Positions 26,730 through 39,808 of a stretch of DNA of 64,000 bases are shown here, piece after piece. The position numbers and the translations under genes were made by a program. The stretch's first letter is position 1. The number at the start of each line of letters is the position of its first letter. A model generated the notes under the pieces. That model did no database searches. It was given only the letters and a program-made list of their open reading frames with translations, and was not told the origin of the DNA. The stretch comes from Oikopleura dioica. Its lineage: Eukaryota; Animalia; Chordata. The stretch is taken from assembly GCA_907165135.1 (NCBI GenBank), contig OU015569.1, positions 10,912,001 through 10,976,000 on the forward strand, read 5' to 3'.

Positions 26730-29700
26730 TCAGAAAAGATAGATGATATTGTTCGAGTGGAAAGAAACGCGGCAGGAAGGACAGTGCGACTTTTTCGAAT
26801 CTTTGAGCAAATCGAGCAGACATTTTACGCAGAACTGCAACGGGTCTTGAATCCTTCGACTTGGAGTCAAAAACAAGCGTGATTCAGGACTCAAGACCTT
26901 TCCTGGTGGCCACACAAGGAGATTCCACATCTTCTGGCTTCTTCCGAGTCGAACTGTTCCTGACAAATTGGACACGAGTTCGCCTCCTCGAGGGCTTTTA
27001 ACCTTTCCCGCAGCGCCTGCAGCTCGATTGTCAAAGCCTCGTTTGGGTCTTCTAAGCTCGAGTCTTCTTGATTGGCCCTTTCCGCCGGTTTCTGCACTCT
27101 TTCTGTAACAGCCGGCAGTGGAACTTCTTTCCCGCTCGCTTCGCAAAAATCCGACCACAACGATCTCCGCCGCGCATTCAGCTCATTCTGCTCCTCGTTG
27201 ATTTTCCCCAGCTCAAGCAAAATGCTCTGCGAGGAAACGAGCTTTTTGTTTTGCTCCTGGAGTTCGAGTTTTTCGCGCTCAAGCTCGTCAATTTTAACGT
27301 GCAGTTTTCGCTGCTTCTCGTCGAAAGTTTCTCGCTCGTTTTTGAGTTGGGTGACTTCGGAGCTCAGTTTTCGCACTTGCTCGATTTTGCGGCTGATTCC
27401 TTTGAAAATCGTTAAATCGCCGCTTTTCGAATTCTAGAGCTACCTTTGTTGAGTTGAATGATCTCGTTGCGCGACTTTTCGGACTTTTCTTTTATCGCTT
27501 CGAGCGTGGCTCTTTCGCTTTCGAGCTCTTCTTCCAGCGTTTTGACTTTTTGCGCCATCTTCTGATCCGGGCGCTGTTTCTTCTGCTCCTCCAGCTTCTG
27601 CAGTCTCGCCAGTTCGACGTTTTTCTCGACGAGCGTGCGATTTTGAAGCTTCATCAATTCGACCTGCTCCTCGAGTTTTGAAATAATTGAAGATTTGGTG
27701 ATGATGTTTTTCGTTAGAAGGCGATTGTCGTCCAGATATTTGTCGTTTTTGGACTCGAGCGTGTTGATCAAGTCTTGCACTTCTTCGAAGTTGATTTCGG
27801 GAGGCGCTACTTTGCCAGGAAAGTGAGGAGACGTCACCAGAGCTGGTTCTGGCGTTGCTGTATAGACTTCTCTCTTTGAAAAATGAATGATTATTTTCGA
27901 CCGACAAATGGCCGTTCCTATAATATAGGGCCTAATTTTATAGGCTATATAATATAGGCGCTGGTTTTTGAAGCCCTTCCTGGTAAACTCTTTGTGACAA
28001 CTGTCCTTCCCGAGGAAATGTTGGAGCAAACTGAGCGAGACCTCTTTGGCGGAACTGGCGGCCTCGGTGACAACTCAACGTCTGGCATGGATTTGGGCGT
28101 CAGATTCTCCAAGTTTCGAATTTTCGATTCTAGCTCGTTGATAACAGACTCCTTCTCCGCTAGATTGTTGAGAATCTCGGCCATCGTGTCATCTTGCTTT
28201 TTGAGGTCGTCTTCTTGTTTTTGGAGCATCGTCATCAAGAAAGTGTTTTTGTTTTCGTGCTCGTCTTGTCGTGTGGCGAAAAGCTCTGAAATTTGCTGAT
28301 TCGGGTTACTAAAAATTCTAGAGCTCGATGTTCTCCCTTTGTTCAACCCTTTCCTGAACTGATTCATTCGCCTCTCTGAGAGCCACTTTTAGACCTTGGT
28401 TCTCTTTTTCATACGCGATGATTTCTGGGTCTTTGACTTCGTACAAGACGCCCGCAGTTGAGTCCTGAAAGTTCATGTATCTCATGATTTTCTCGTAATC
28501 CCCATTCAGCCGTCGGATTGGCTTGAATCGCATCAGCTCGTGCTCGAGAAGATATTTTCCGAAATATTGGAAGTCGAATTGATCTCGTCGGTGATTTCCA
28601 GTGGAATATTCGTCCTGTCAAAGGTTTATTTCTTTATCAAATAATGAATGAACAAACTACTGAAGATAATGATAAACTCATTCCTTGAAGCAAAAAACAA
28701 AGGCAAAGGAAGACGAGTTTCTCATGAATCCAATGCCGCTGCATTCCGGAAATTTATCCTCCTCGGTAAACTCTTGCACCAGCCGCACCCACAGAGTCGA
28801 AATCGACTTGTCAATCAGCATCGTTTCTGATTTCTGAACCTTGCACGCTTGCATCTTCTGGAAATAATTCGAATAAACGAGCGGCGGAATGATGCTTCCA
28901 TCGACCATGATTCCGTCATCGCCGACTTCTTTTATGATGAAACCTGCTTCGTGAAAACAACACGAAAACTTCAACTCGTCTTGGAAGCGCTTGAAATCTT
29001 TTGAATCGTAGCAGCAGTTTGCTTCCGCAACGAGCTCTGGTACTTCCCCTGGATTCAGACTCGAGTCATCAAATGCTGCCCGCAGATATCTTCAAATGTC
29101 TTTTTACATAAAGGCTTTTGAAAGCTCAGTCAAAACGAAATAATAAAAAAAATATTGAAAATTTACTAATCGATTTAAAAAGAGACCCACCGAAATTTCG
29201 TCGATTCAGATTCACGAATAAAAGGATCGTCATCAGACAAGTGATCAGAAATGTTATCCGGAGGGACGAAGAATTGAGGCAATTCCTCTTCCGGCTTGCG
29301 AAACTGATCCCAATTGTGCGCTTCGATGAAGTTTCTATTTGTCCTGAAGAAGATTCGCTCGTTGTCGGAGAGTTCTAGTGAATTGTAGATTCGTTGAATC
29401 CGCTCAATTTGATTTTCCTGAAAGAATAAAATTGATTTGAGTGTTTTGATGTTTTTCTTACTGACCTGCGACGCCTTCTGAACTAAAATCGCGAGGCTGT
29501 CAAAGTCATCCTCTCCGGATTTGCACCTTTTTTTAGGTGCTCGCGCGTATTCTACGCAGAAGAGTCATTGTAAAGGAATTCTAGTTATCAAGATCTATCG
29601 CTAGCACCTTCCAGAATCCTTTCACTCCATCAATAAAGTTGTCGTCGTTCATCGCGAGGAGGACAAGCTGGATGAAGCGCGCATCCAGATCGTTGCTCCT

Positions 29701-30017
29701 GTGGCTCTGAATTTGGCACCAGAGAAGATCCCTGTCGCAAGCAGAACTTTTCAAAATCACGTCGACGAGTTCTTCTTCCGCGGCAAAGAGCTGTCCACCC
29801 GGGAGCAACCGGGACGGTGCCAAACCTCCGCTAAAAAACCGATTAAAAATTCAAACAATAGTCGATTTAATTTTCTATTTTTTTCGCAAAAAAATAGTTA
29901 AGAGTCAAACCTGAAAGAATCAAAAAGAGCTTCGACGTCTGCTGTTGTTTTCCGATGTTCAATCTGCAGCGAGTCTCTATCGTTTGAGAAAATGACCAAG
30001 TCCCAATTGAAAATCAT
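26730..30017 (-). CDS. Coiled-coil protein with C-terminal C3HC4 RING finger (putative E3 ligase; 5' exons tentative)
   Basis: CPICQEQFDSEEARRCGISLCGHQ|FCVKCLLDLLKDSKKSHCPSCRVSF, preceded by long heptad-rich exons. The RING is completed only by the GA-AG intron 26835-26902. Confidence 0.75.
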
Positions 30018-30482
30018 CTCGCATTGACAGTTGCGTTATTTAAGGTATTTCGGGCAGTACCCACTTGCCCTGTGCGTATATTTTCGCAAGCAGCTGACTC
30101 ACGCGCCCCTGGCGACTCATCCCCAAACTCATCATTCTTATCTTGACCCTTCGCATTGTGGGAAATTTTTAATTTATTTAAATATAATTTTGTTTTTAGA
30201 AAGCAAAATTCATTCGATTGGGACAATTTTTAGGCGTCAGAGATAAATTCTAGCGAAAATGCATTTTTATATTTATTTGTTTTTTGCATTATAAAAACTT
30301 CAAAAATTTAAACAATGTTCGCTGGATAGATAGTTTATTGGTTATTTCATTTTCAGTGGAGAATAGAACTGAGAGCATAATTTCAATGGTAGAGATGATA
30401 GTTTGACTGTAAAGAAAAAAGATAATTGGAAAGTTAAAATAATTCTGGCATGGTTTGAATTGTTGGGTAGAGAGATTTTTCA

Positions 30483-33400
30483 TTAGAAACCAACGTAGAC
30501 TGGTTCTTTCTCGTCAGTGTCGTCTTCACCAAGGCTTGGTGTTGGAGAATCAGACTTTTCAGACTTGGTTGACTTGGCGAGGCGGCCGGAAGCGCTCGAT
30601 GCGTCGTCCTTCTTGTCGTCATCTTCGACGGATTCGGGGGTCTCTTCGGCGAGCTCTTCAATCCAATCCGGAATTTCGGCATGCCCGCCCTTGTTATTAC
30701 GTTAAATTTTCAATGTCTTACAAGATTGTTTTACCTTCATGATGTTAAGTAGAATGCGAGCTTTTTCTGCATCCTTCTTGTGCAGGAAGGTGACTGCAGT
30801 GCCCGGTCGGCCAACACGTCCAGTTCGACCGATTCGGTGGATGTAATCGTCGTGAAGCCAAGTTGTGTCGGAGCAGTCAAAGTTGACGACGAGGTCAACG
30901 GCGGGAATGTCGAGTCCTCGAGCGGCCACATTGGTCGCAATCAAGACTGGACATTTGTTCGTGGCGAAAGTCCAAAGAGCGAACTCTCGTTGTTGCTTTT
31001 TCGAATATTACAAACTTGTTCGGTTGAGTGTTGTCTTACCTGAGATCGATCGCCATGCATGGTGATGCATTTGTGTTTGAGTTTCTCGGAGAGTCTGCAT
31101 CCCAAGAAGTCGACTGTTCTTTTCGTATTCGCAAAGACCAAGGCCTTGGCAGGGCTATCTTCCACTCCGACGACGAATCTCTCAAGGACCTCATCAAGCT
31201 TCGAGTATTTATCGCTTATGCCTCCGATTTCGACCACTTCTTGGGTCACAGTTGCGCTAAAAATCAGTCAATGCCTTATTCATCGAAAATAGTTTTACCT
31301 AGGAGCATTGAGCATTCCGCACTGGGCGTACCAGTAGCCAGGTCGGAGAAACTTTCTGGCGAAAGCCTGGATTTCCGAAGGAAATGTTGCGGAAGTCAAA
31401 ACCTTGGAGATTGGGTGCGTTTGTTCGCCCCTTTTCAAGGTAATTCTTTCGATGATATCCATACTGATCCCGCCGAAACCATCGTCGAGCATTCGATCGG
31501 CTTCGTCGAGCACAATGAAATCGCAGCTGTCAAAGTGTTGCTAACAATTTTTGTTTATAAAAACTCTTTTATTTCTTGAATTACCCGAGTATTACCGGCA
31601 ACATCCGGAAATAAGATATCTCTCACACGTCCAGGTGTTCCAACGATGATATCCGCGCCAAAAGCGTTGAATCGTTGAGTTGATCTCTTTGTACCGCCGT
31701 AGAGGTTGCAGACTTTGATGCTTTCACCTAAATTGAGTTGTTAGTCATGCATTATATTCAAGAGGGCATCAACTTACGTCCAAGTCCCCGAGTCAGTTTG
31801 ACAGCTTCCTTGGCAATTTGAATAGCCAGTTCGCGAGTGGGAGTCAGAATAAGAGCGCGGGGGTCGATTCCCATGATTCCACCGACGCCAGGAATCTCAT
31901 CATTCGTTTCGCCGCGTTCTCTCTCTTTAGCAAACTTCTTGTTTCTTGAATATATCTTTAAGAGTCATAGTTAACAACCTAGGATTTACCGCGTGTTCTT
32001 GAGAATGTAGTTGACAATGGGGATCAAGAAGGCTCCTGTCTTTCCAGATCCAGTTTGAGCATTGATCAAGATGTCCTGGCGATCTTGAATCGGGCGCATT
32101 CCCACTCGCTGCACAAGAAGAGGTGCTTCCCAGCCATAAGCCATCAAGTTTGCTTTCAACATCTCGTGTAGTCCAAGGTCGTCATAGTCTTCGCTCAGAT
32201 ACTTCTCCTTTGGAATTTCTTCGACGCTTTCTATTTTTTTGCTATCATCGCTAGCATTGTCTTCTGCGTCATCCTCTGCACCCTCTCTGGCTTCAACTTT
32301 CTTAGCTTTGGTGACACGGTATTCGATACTGTCAATCTTCTTGAGTTCCTCTCCTGGAGCATTGATTTTATGGAGGTCTTCCTCATTCTCGAGAGCATGG
32401 CAAATGTATCCACTGTAAACACGGTTGCCTAAAAAAGGCTTGTATAATCTATTGACCACAAAAATATTGCAGAAATCCTGATAAATCCTTATCAAAATAC
32501 ATCAATAAAAATCGTTATCTTACAATTGAGTTCTTGCCAAATTTTTTGTTCCTCTTCATTCATGTCATCCGTTTTGAGTGTCTTTGCGTCGCTGTCATCT
32601 GAGTCAACCGAGATTTGACCATCATCCCCGTCGTCATTCTCATTCTCATCGCTATCCTCATCTTCATCTTTATTTTCTTTATCCTCAGACGATTTATTTG
32701 TTGGGCTGCCGAAGCCAGGAAATGCCTTCTCACCATTCTCTTCGTCCGAAGAGCTGTCATCCCCGTCCTTTCCGAAAGTCGTTGTTTCTCCAATATCGCC
32801 GACTTCAGTGGACTCGCCAGACTCAGTCTTAGCATCAGGATTCATCATCTTCCTGACGTTATCAAGAAAGTCATTTTGCTCTTTCGTACGAACTTTCTGT
32901 CCCTCGAATCCCTCAGCTTGACCGGGCGAATCTTGTTTCTCTTCCTTGTCGTCACTTCCTTTCATTTTCTCGCCGGCTTCTCTGGCGGCTTTCTCTCTCT
33001 CTCGCTTTGCCTTGATGTTTTTGTGAAGCCTGAAGTAGACAGAATCGACTTTCTCTCCAGCGCCGTCACCATCTTCGTGTTGATAGGTGTACTCTCTATC
33101 AAGATTGAATGATTTTCCGTCATCCTTGAGTTCGTTGAACTTTCGCTCAAAAAGTCGTCGCGGCGGAACCCTTTTGGCTTTTTTTCCTCTAAAGAAAGTT
33201 TAGAGTTAGTATCCTGCAAAAAATATCTTACCTTCTTCATCATCCTTCTTCTCCGAATTCTCTTCCTCGAGTTCCTCCACAGTTGCAAAGCCGTCCTTTT
33301 GAATCCATCACCATGACCATTGGACTGCTGGACAGAGCTGCCACTTTCTTGAAAATCAGTAGTGCTCGAAGATCCGGCTGTGGACATCACATCTTCAGGC

Positions 33401-33884
33401 ACTCCTTTTCTCAGGGATTTTCCGTCTCCGTTGTTGTTGTTGTTGCGGTATGGATCATAGGAGTCCTTTTTGAAAGGAGTGGTATCCGGGCCAGACTTGC
33501 TTCGCTAAAATTTCGTGTAAAAATCATCCAATCAACTTGCAGGCATTATCTCTCGAAGATATTCTCTCTTGCACTTACCGACGAAGCTGGAGTAGCAGTA
33601 GCTGGAGTACTGGTAGCTCCAGTCGGAGTTTTAGACGATGCCATGGAGGAAGTTATCTCAGGAACTCCGTGCATAGTATCGTCTAGTCCAGTTGTTGAAG
33701 AAGACGCTACCGAAGCGTAAGCCGCCATAATTTGCCCTTGATGAAGTGCTGCTTCCGACGTGGTTCCGGTGGGAAGTCCATCAGCAATCGAGTTTTCCTC
33801 TGATTTTGTCATTTTTGCCTTTTCCAAAAGTGACTCTCCGAAGTGTGTGCCTCTCATCGTCCTGCCCCGCTTTTTATTCGGCAT
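30483..33884 (-). CDS. Divergent DEAD-box RNA helicase, Vasa/PL10(DDX3)-related, with a long acidic N-terminus
   Basis: Motifs AQTGSGKT, PTRELA, GTPGR, DEADRMLD, SAT, LVFANTKR, HGDRSQ, ARGLDIP, YIHRIGRTGRVG; ends GGHAEIPDWIEELA...PVYVGF*. Two apparent -1 shifts lie in the N-terminal exons. Confidence 0.88.
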
Positions 33885-35180
33885 TTTGAAAAGTCGCGAT
33901 GAAAATAGCTCAATCTCTCCGAATCCTTTCAATTTTCAAATTGTCTCTTTCTCTCTCAATAACTCGGAATTTGAATTGAGAAATCTGGCCGATCTGGCTT
34001 GCTTTGGCCAGCGTACTTTGCTTTTTACTCGCTTCCGAGTAGTGCTCGTTTGGCTTTCGAGCAAAAATAGCAATCATGGAAGAGCCTGCGCGGGCAGTTT
34101 TCTTTTTGAGTCTAAGTTTGATTATTTATTTAGTTCTTTCTGGGTTTCATTTTGAAGTTTTAACATTTGTGCATTTTTGTCAACTGTTTGTTTTGGTAGT
34201 TCTTACAGAAAGAAGCTCGTCGCTCATTTTCTCCTTGTGTTTCAGAATAGAGCAGCCCTAGGGCTGCTAGAAAACTTGTTACCCAAAACGCTCCGTCCAG
34301 AATGCCAGCGCTTGTTGTGAATGGTCCATTTTTTCAGCTCCTTTAATAACAGTTCAAGTGTTCACGACTCATAGTGTCCGGTGACATCTGGAATGTGTTA
34401 TGTGAGGATAGGCGCTGGAAAACCGAACGGAACACGGCTAGCCTTGTTTGGGTGCCGTGCAATTGGGATTTAGACACTAGAGTCTACACATGGGCTGAAT
34501 ACCCGATTCTTACAAAAACTCCGATTGATAAAGGTAATTAGGGACTTATGGTGCCCAAAAATTTCGACTCGAAATTCTTGAAAGAAGACAACAAGGTAGA
34601 TAGTGATATTTTATTGTCATAAAACACATGTTGCACCAAGTGTAAAAGGCAAAATAAAATGTGAAAAGTTTTCTTGTCAAGTAAAATTGTTTTTTTTTTG
34701 TTGAACTGATGAAAAGAAAGAAGGAATAGACTCACTGAAATGAGACCGAAAAGAACAGGATAGTTGTAGGGTCCATTTGTTTGATATCAACGAAGAGAAT
34801 TCTCCGGAGCAAAGATAGGTTAAAAAAAGAAGCATCTGAAAGGTTTAAAATCCGAAGTGGCGGAATGTTTCTTCTTCAGATAAAACGGGAATCAAAGGTT
34901 TTTTTGAGATGGAAATTAACATTTTTGGATCAACGATGAAAAGTTGTGAGTTGCTACTTTGAATGAAAAATAAAGGAAGATTTTTGAAGAGATTTTGGCG
35001 GTAGCTGGTAGAGCCAGGAAATGAATTTGGATTTGGGGCTCACTTTTAGTTTTAAAAAGCGAAATGGAAAATTGGCTGTAGAGAAGATGCAATTTTTAAA
35101 ATAAAAAAGAAATTGGCGACGCGAAAAGGGTCGCGAATTCTTTTGAAAAGAACCTTTGAAAAGATGAGAAAATGTGCGTT

Positions 35181-38100
35181 TTACTGGTAAAGTCCGACTT
35201 GGAGGGGGATAGGCTGCAGCGTGTGGGGGTCCATCGCCATCTGGATCATTTGGTTTGGATTTGACCCTGAATAGTTTTAGAGTTTTGCAAGCTTAAGTAG
35301 TTGCACCTTGAGGTATTTGCATGTACTGCATCAGTTGCTGTGGATGGAGAACGGGCTGGTTAGCAGGCACGATCTGACTTCTCTGCTGCGAGTTGAGAGG
35401 GTGCGAGCCAAGCGGCGTCTAAATCGTATTAACCTCCTGTAATGTCTTTGAAGACTCACCTGATTGGCGATTAAACTCGACTCGTTGGTGATTCCGAGCT
35501 GCATGAGCGCCGATTCCGCCGCAAGAGCTTTTGCTTCTTGCTCAGAAGGGGCCATTTTGTACGCCTAAAGCTATCTTTACCTTGAAAAGAAGCCGATAGA
35601 TTACCTGTATGATCATTCCCAAGTTATAAAGCGTAACGCTGTACAGAAACATTGTCTTTCCTTCATGAACAGCCGTGGAAACCGTTTGATAGAACGGCTT
35701 CGTCCAGTTGAACTTTTGACAGACCTCTAAAAATGCGTTTTACGACGACAATGAAAAGAAGCTCTTACGTTCTAGCGCTTCGACGTGATTTACTGCTGAC
35801 GCATCCATTCTTTCCGCCTGTGTGTTTTTCGTGTAGTACCTGCATTTCACGAATCAGTAAAGAATTCTTACGAGAGATGCTTTTTACCTTCCGTAAGTGG
35901 CTTTTCCGGCTGAGTAACCGAGATAACTTGACCGGGCTCCAGCGCGATTTACTCGAGCTTTTTGACCTCGAGTGGGGCCGATCGGAGACTAAAGAATCAA
36001 TTTATTCTTCTGCTTCTTTTTCTGTTGAATGATTTGAAGGATGTCTTTTAATACCTTTGGAAGACTACCAAGTTGATGCTGCTGGCTTTGATCCTGCGCT
36101 ATAAGCATTGGAAAGCCGTTAACTCCGGCGTAAACCAGCATTGGTTGATTCATGTTGGCGTACTGCGCCATTCCCGGCTCCATTCCTTGCTGCTGCGCGG
36201 CGAGGGCCTTCGCTCCAACCTGAAAGAAAGAAGTGAATTTGACGACTTTCTAGGGCGCTCGAATCAAGTACCTTTGCAAGCTGATTGTGATTATTCTTAT
36301 CAACTGGTTTTGCAAAGCTGATTTCAACCATCGCACCTTGAATTGCATTCAATTTCATTTTGATTCTTTTTTGATGAATTAGAGCCGAAGCAGCGGGGGT
36401 TTATAGAAGGAGTTTGTTGATTTTCTAGTTCTGGAAACGCATTTTTTATCCTTTTTGGCCCCATGCACGAGCAATGAACAGTTTTCTTTTTTACAAAAGA
36501 ATTCAAGGACTTGCTCAATGCAGGTCTGGGCTCAGCAGCCTGTGTAGAAACCTGAGTCAGGGTACTGAAAGAGCTTAATTGAAAGCCGCAGAGTCAAATC
36601 TACTATCTCAATATATTTTTTCTTCTTTTTAAGGCTCTCTCAGGACCCTGACTCAGGTTTCTAAACAGGTTGGCGAGGCCTGATGCAGGTGCATTTCAAG
36701 TTAGCATGAAACATCAAGCGACAAGTAAAAAATTTTTGATTATCAAAACTGAATCAAATATTTTCTCTCAAATTATTTTCAATCTCCTGAGTTCATTACC
36801 GGTAATCATTGTTTTTACATGGAGTGTGACTTACCATCTAAGCGCTGGCTGCTCCCCGCCTTCATTGCTGCTTCGGCGGAGTCGCGCTCAACGAAATGGA
36901 CGAAAGCATAGTCGCGGATCTTTTTCACCCGCTCGACTTTGCCGTACTGCGAGAAATGGTTGCGCAGAGATTCCTCAGAAGTTTCAATCAGAAGATTTCG
37001 CACGTAAAGGACTTTGACTTCTTTCATGATGTCATCGTCGACGTCTTCTTCCGGCTCAGCCCAGTCGACAGCGATTGGGTTTCCTAAAGCACGATTCAAA
37101 TGAACTCACAATTGAGCGTATTTTATATTTACCCAAAGCTGGACGCGTCCACTGACGAGCTTTCTCCTGGCCATTGCGGCCGCCCTAAATCGGATTTACA
37201 TTTTGTATTGTTTTAGGAATGCTCTGTGAAGCGAAATTCCGCTCTTTTTGTCGTCGAGATCCGATCGCCTCAAAGAGACTGTTTTCCCTGTTCAAATACT
37301 ATTTCATAAAAACGGGCCTTCCTTTGTCTAATATTGAAAAAGAAAGAAATCGGGAGAAATGAGTGTCTTAAAATTGGTGATTTCTTGGTTGGATTTTCGT
37401 ATAATTTACATATCGTATACATTTACATGTACCTTTAGTTTATTGCTCAAATCTGAACTTTCTTTCATTTAAAAACCTGGCTTTAGCGCACAATTTTTTA
37501 CTTATTTATATTAGCCAAGTTCGCGGAAACAACGAAAATGCGCCGGATTAGTTGTGGAATTATCGGTGACGGAAAGAATAATTCATTTCTGAATAATTCA
37601 TGGGCGTCTTTTGTAGCCATCAGGATTTAAAGATTCACGTGCAGCCGTTATAAAGTACTACTCGGCGATCTATAATTCACCGGCTGGTTCACCGAGCAGC
37701 AGTTGCCTTCCCACTTGAGCGCTTACTGTATTTTGCTTACTTGTGGGTCTCGTACTCGACGAAGGCGAATCCCCGGTTCTTGTTCTTATCCGCCGCCGAG
37801 GGGTAAACAATCACATCCGCCACTTGCTCGGTCACCTTCTTCAGCTCGTGCATGATTTCCTCTTTCTTCCGCGACTTGGGAATGCCCCCGACGAACAGTC
37901 GGCAGTTGTCAACAGAACTGCACACGCCCAGCGTTCGCCCTTTTCTGATTTCAAAGTTGTTGAGCCTCGAGATCGCCTGCCTGGCGTGCGCTCTCTCCGT
38001 AAACATCACAAAGCAAAAGCCCCGGTTCTTCCCGTCAAAGTCCATCATCAGCCGCAGCTCGTAGATCGGCCCGATCATTTCGAAGACGGGGAAGATTTCG

Positions 38101-38781
38101 TCCTCGAACAGGTCGCGCGGGATCTTGCCGACGAAGACCTCGCATCCTTTTGTCGGAATTTCACCGTGGTAATCTGGTGGTGGTCCCAGCTTTCGCTGGC
38201 CATTTTCTTGAATCTGAAGTTTTAATGTTTGAATAACTCTCTTCGACTTTTCAAGGAGTTGTTGTATAGAAAAAGTTATGCGAAAATTTAGCACTGTAAA
38301 AAACGCAACAACCAGTAGTCATCTTTCTAGTTGAGCTGAGCTGGCTGAGCTCAAGTTGATTTGGCTCACTATCTTTTAGATCTGAGCTGAGCTGAGTCAG
38401 CTCAAAGCTCAGCTCGCACTTATTATGAGCAAACTCGGTTCAGCTCAGCAGAAATGAGCTGAACTGAGCTGAGCTTTGAAATTAAAGAATGAGTTTACTA
38501 CTAGTTTATTTTTATTACAGTACTAAATTTTCGAAAAGCCAGGTGGCCCTGACTGACTCGTAAATTTTATTTTGAATCTTGTTTACGGTTGATAATAAAT
38601 ATTGAGAGTCGGCTAGGCAATAACTAGGGCTTACGATTGGATAGTTGATTCGTTTGATCAGCTCTCTAATTTTGTCTTCATTTTGGCAGTCCTTGATGCA
38701 GTCAAGTCCCTTTTTGATTGTTGTGATTCTTCCGATTCGTTCCATTTGCTGCTCAACATTATCATTGAGTTTGCGTTTCAT
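35181..38781 (-). CDS. RBM47: RBM47/A1CF/RBM46-family RNA-binding protein (3 RRMs plus C-terminal dsRBD-like domain)
   Basis: [99 protein letters not shown]. Confidence 0.9.
36526..36682. mobile_element. MITE family 1, 157 bp, inside an RBM47 intron
   Basis: TIRs of about 42 bp contain CCTGAGTCAGG; perfect 8-bp TSD ATGCAGGT (36518-36525, 36683-36690). Confidence 0.85.
38313..38503. repeat. TGAGC/GAGCT-rich MITE-like repeat in RBM47 intron 1
   Basis: About a dozen TGAGC(T)/AGCTCA motifs in both orientations; short imperfect termini CAGTAGT / ACTACTA; no TSD found. Confidence 0.5.
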
Positions 38782-39188
38782 TTCATATCAACTCGAAAGG
38801 GACTACTCTTGAAGTGAGGGTGGCACACTCCGCCACCCGCCTCGGGCAAGGCCAGCAGCGCCCGAGAGCGCGCTCAGCCGAGTACTCTGGTGTTTGGCGG
38901 ACGAATCTTGAATACTCAATTGTTTCCTCCGCCAAAAGCCAAATAGACATGAATTACGCGAGCTAATTTGTTGATTCGATTTTTTGTTCTTCCTCCCGCC
39001 GTTGAAAAATACGTTCATGAAAAGAGACGGTAAGAAAATGAAATTATTAATCGTTGAAATTTAATTATTTAATAATAATAAATTTAATAATATATAAAAT
39101 TATAAAATTTAATAATAATAATAAAATGCAATTTTTATCTTTGTAAAGACCTTTATCAGAAATCAGGTTTTCCCAAAAACTGCATTTA

Positions 39189-39269
39189 CCGAAATCCTGG
39201 ATTTCCCGGAATCCCGGCTTTGCCGATCACAAAGGCAAAACTAGGATTCTGCGAAATCCAGGATTTCGG
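39189..39269. repeat. Perfect 17-bp inverted repeat (small hairpin or MITE core)
   Basis: CCGAAATCCTGGATTTC ... GAAATCCAGGATTTCGG. Confidence 0.6.
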
Positions 39270-39733
39270 GAAAAATAAACCAAGATGATTGTGAAAAATG
39301 GGGTGCAATTCTAAAGCGGATGTCCATTTGCTCTGATTCTTACAGTAACTCTTACTGTACCTTTTTGCTTGGAATCTTTCGTGGCGAAGTTTTGATTGTC
39401 ATTTTGATTGGTATGATTTAGATTAATGATTTTGGATTATATTTCTCTGGTTAAAAAAAATGCGGGACGATTTCCCCTTTACAAAAAAATTGAGTTACAG
39501 ATGAGTGAGTGGCAAAATAAAGCCAACAAGAGATGAATAAGATAACGTGAATAATAAATTAAAGGAAAGGAAAGGCAAATTTCGGGCCCGGACGCGTCAA
39601 AATCCAAGAGATTAATCGTTTCCTGTTATTGGTACTGACGCGTTCTCATGGTCGAAATGTTCTAGTGCTGAGCGTCACCGACCGAGCGGTTTTTTTTTCA
39701 TTTCTTCTTTTAAGAAATATTTTCAAGGCAAAG

Positions 39734-39808
39734 TTAGGGTTAGGGTTAGGGCCAGAAAAGACACTAATTCCAACCCTAATTTCAACCCTAACCCTAACCT
39801 TGACCCTG
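39734..39808. repeat. Short interstitial telomere-like repeats in inverted arrangement
   Basis: (TTAGGG)x3, a spacer of about 22 bp, then three CCCTAA units (the first separated) plus degenerate units. Confidence 0.6.

Noticed and set aside
34251-34268. Perfect 18-bp palindrome AGCAGCCCTAGGGCTGCT near the helicase promoter
   Set aside because: Single occurrence with no TSD or second copy; nothing supports a function.
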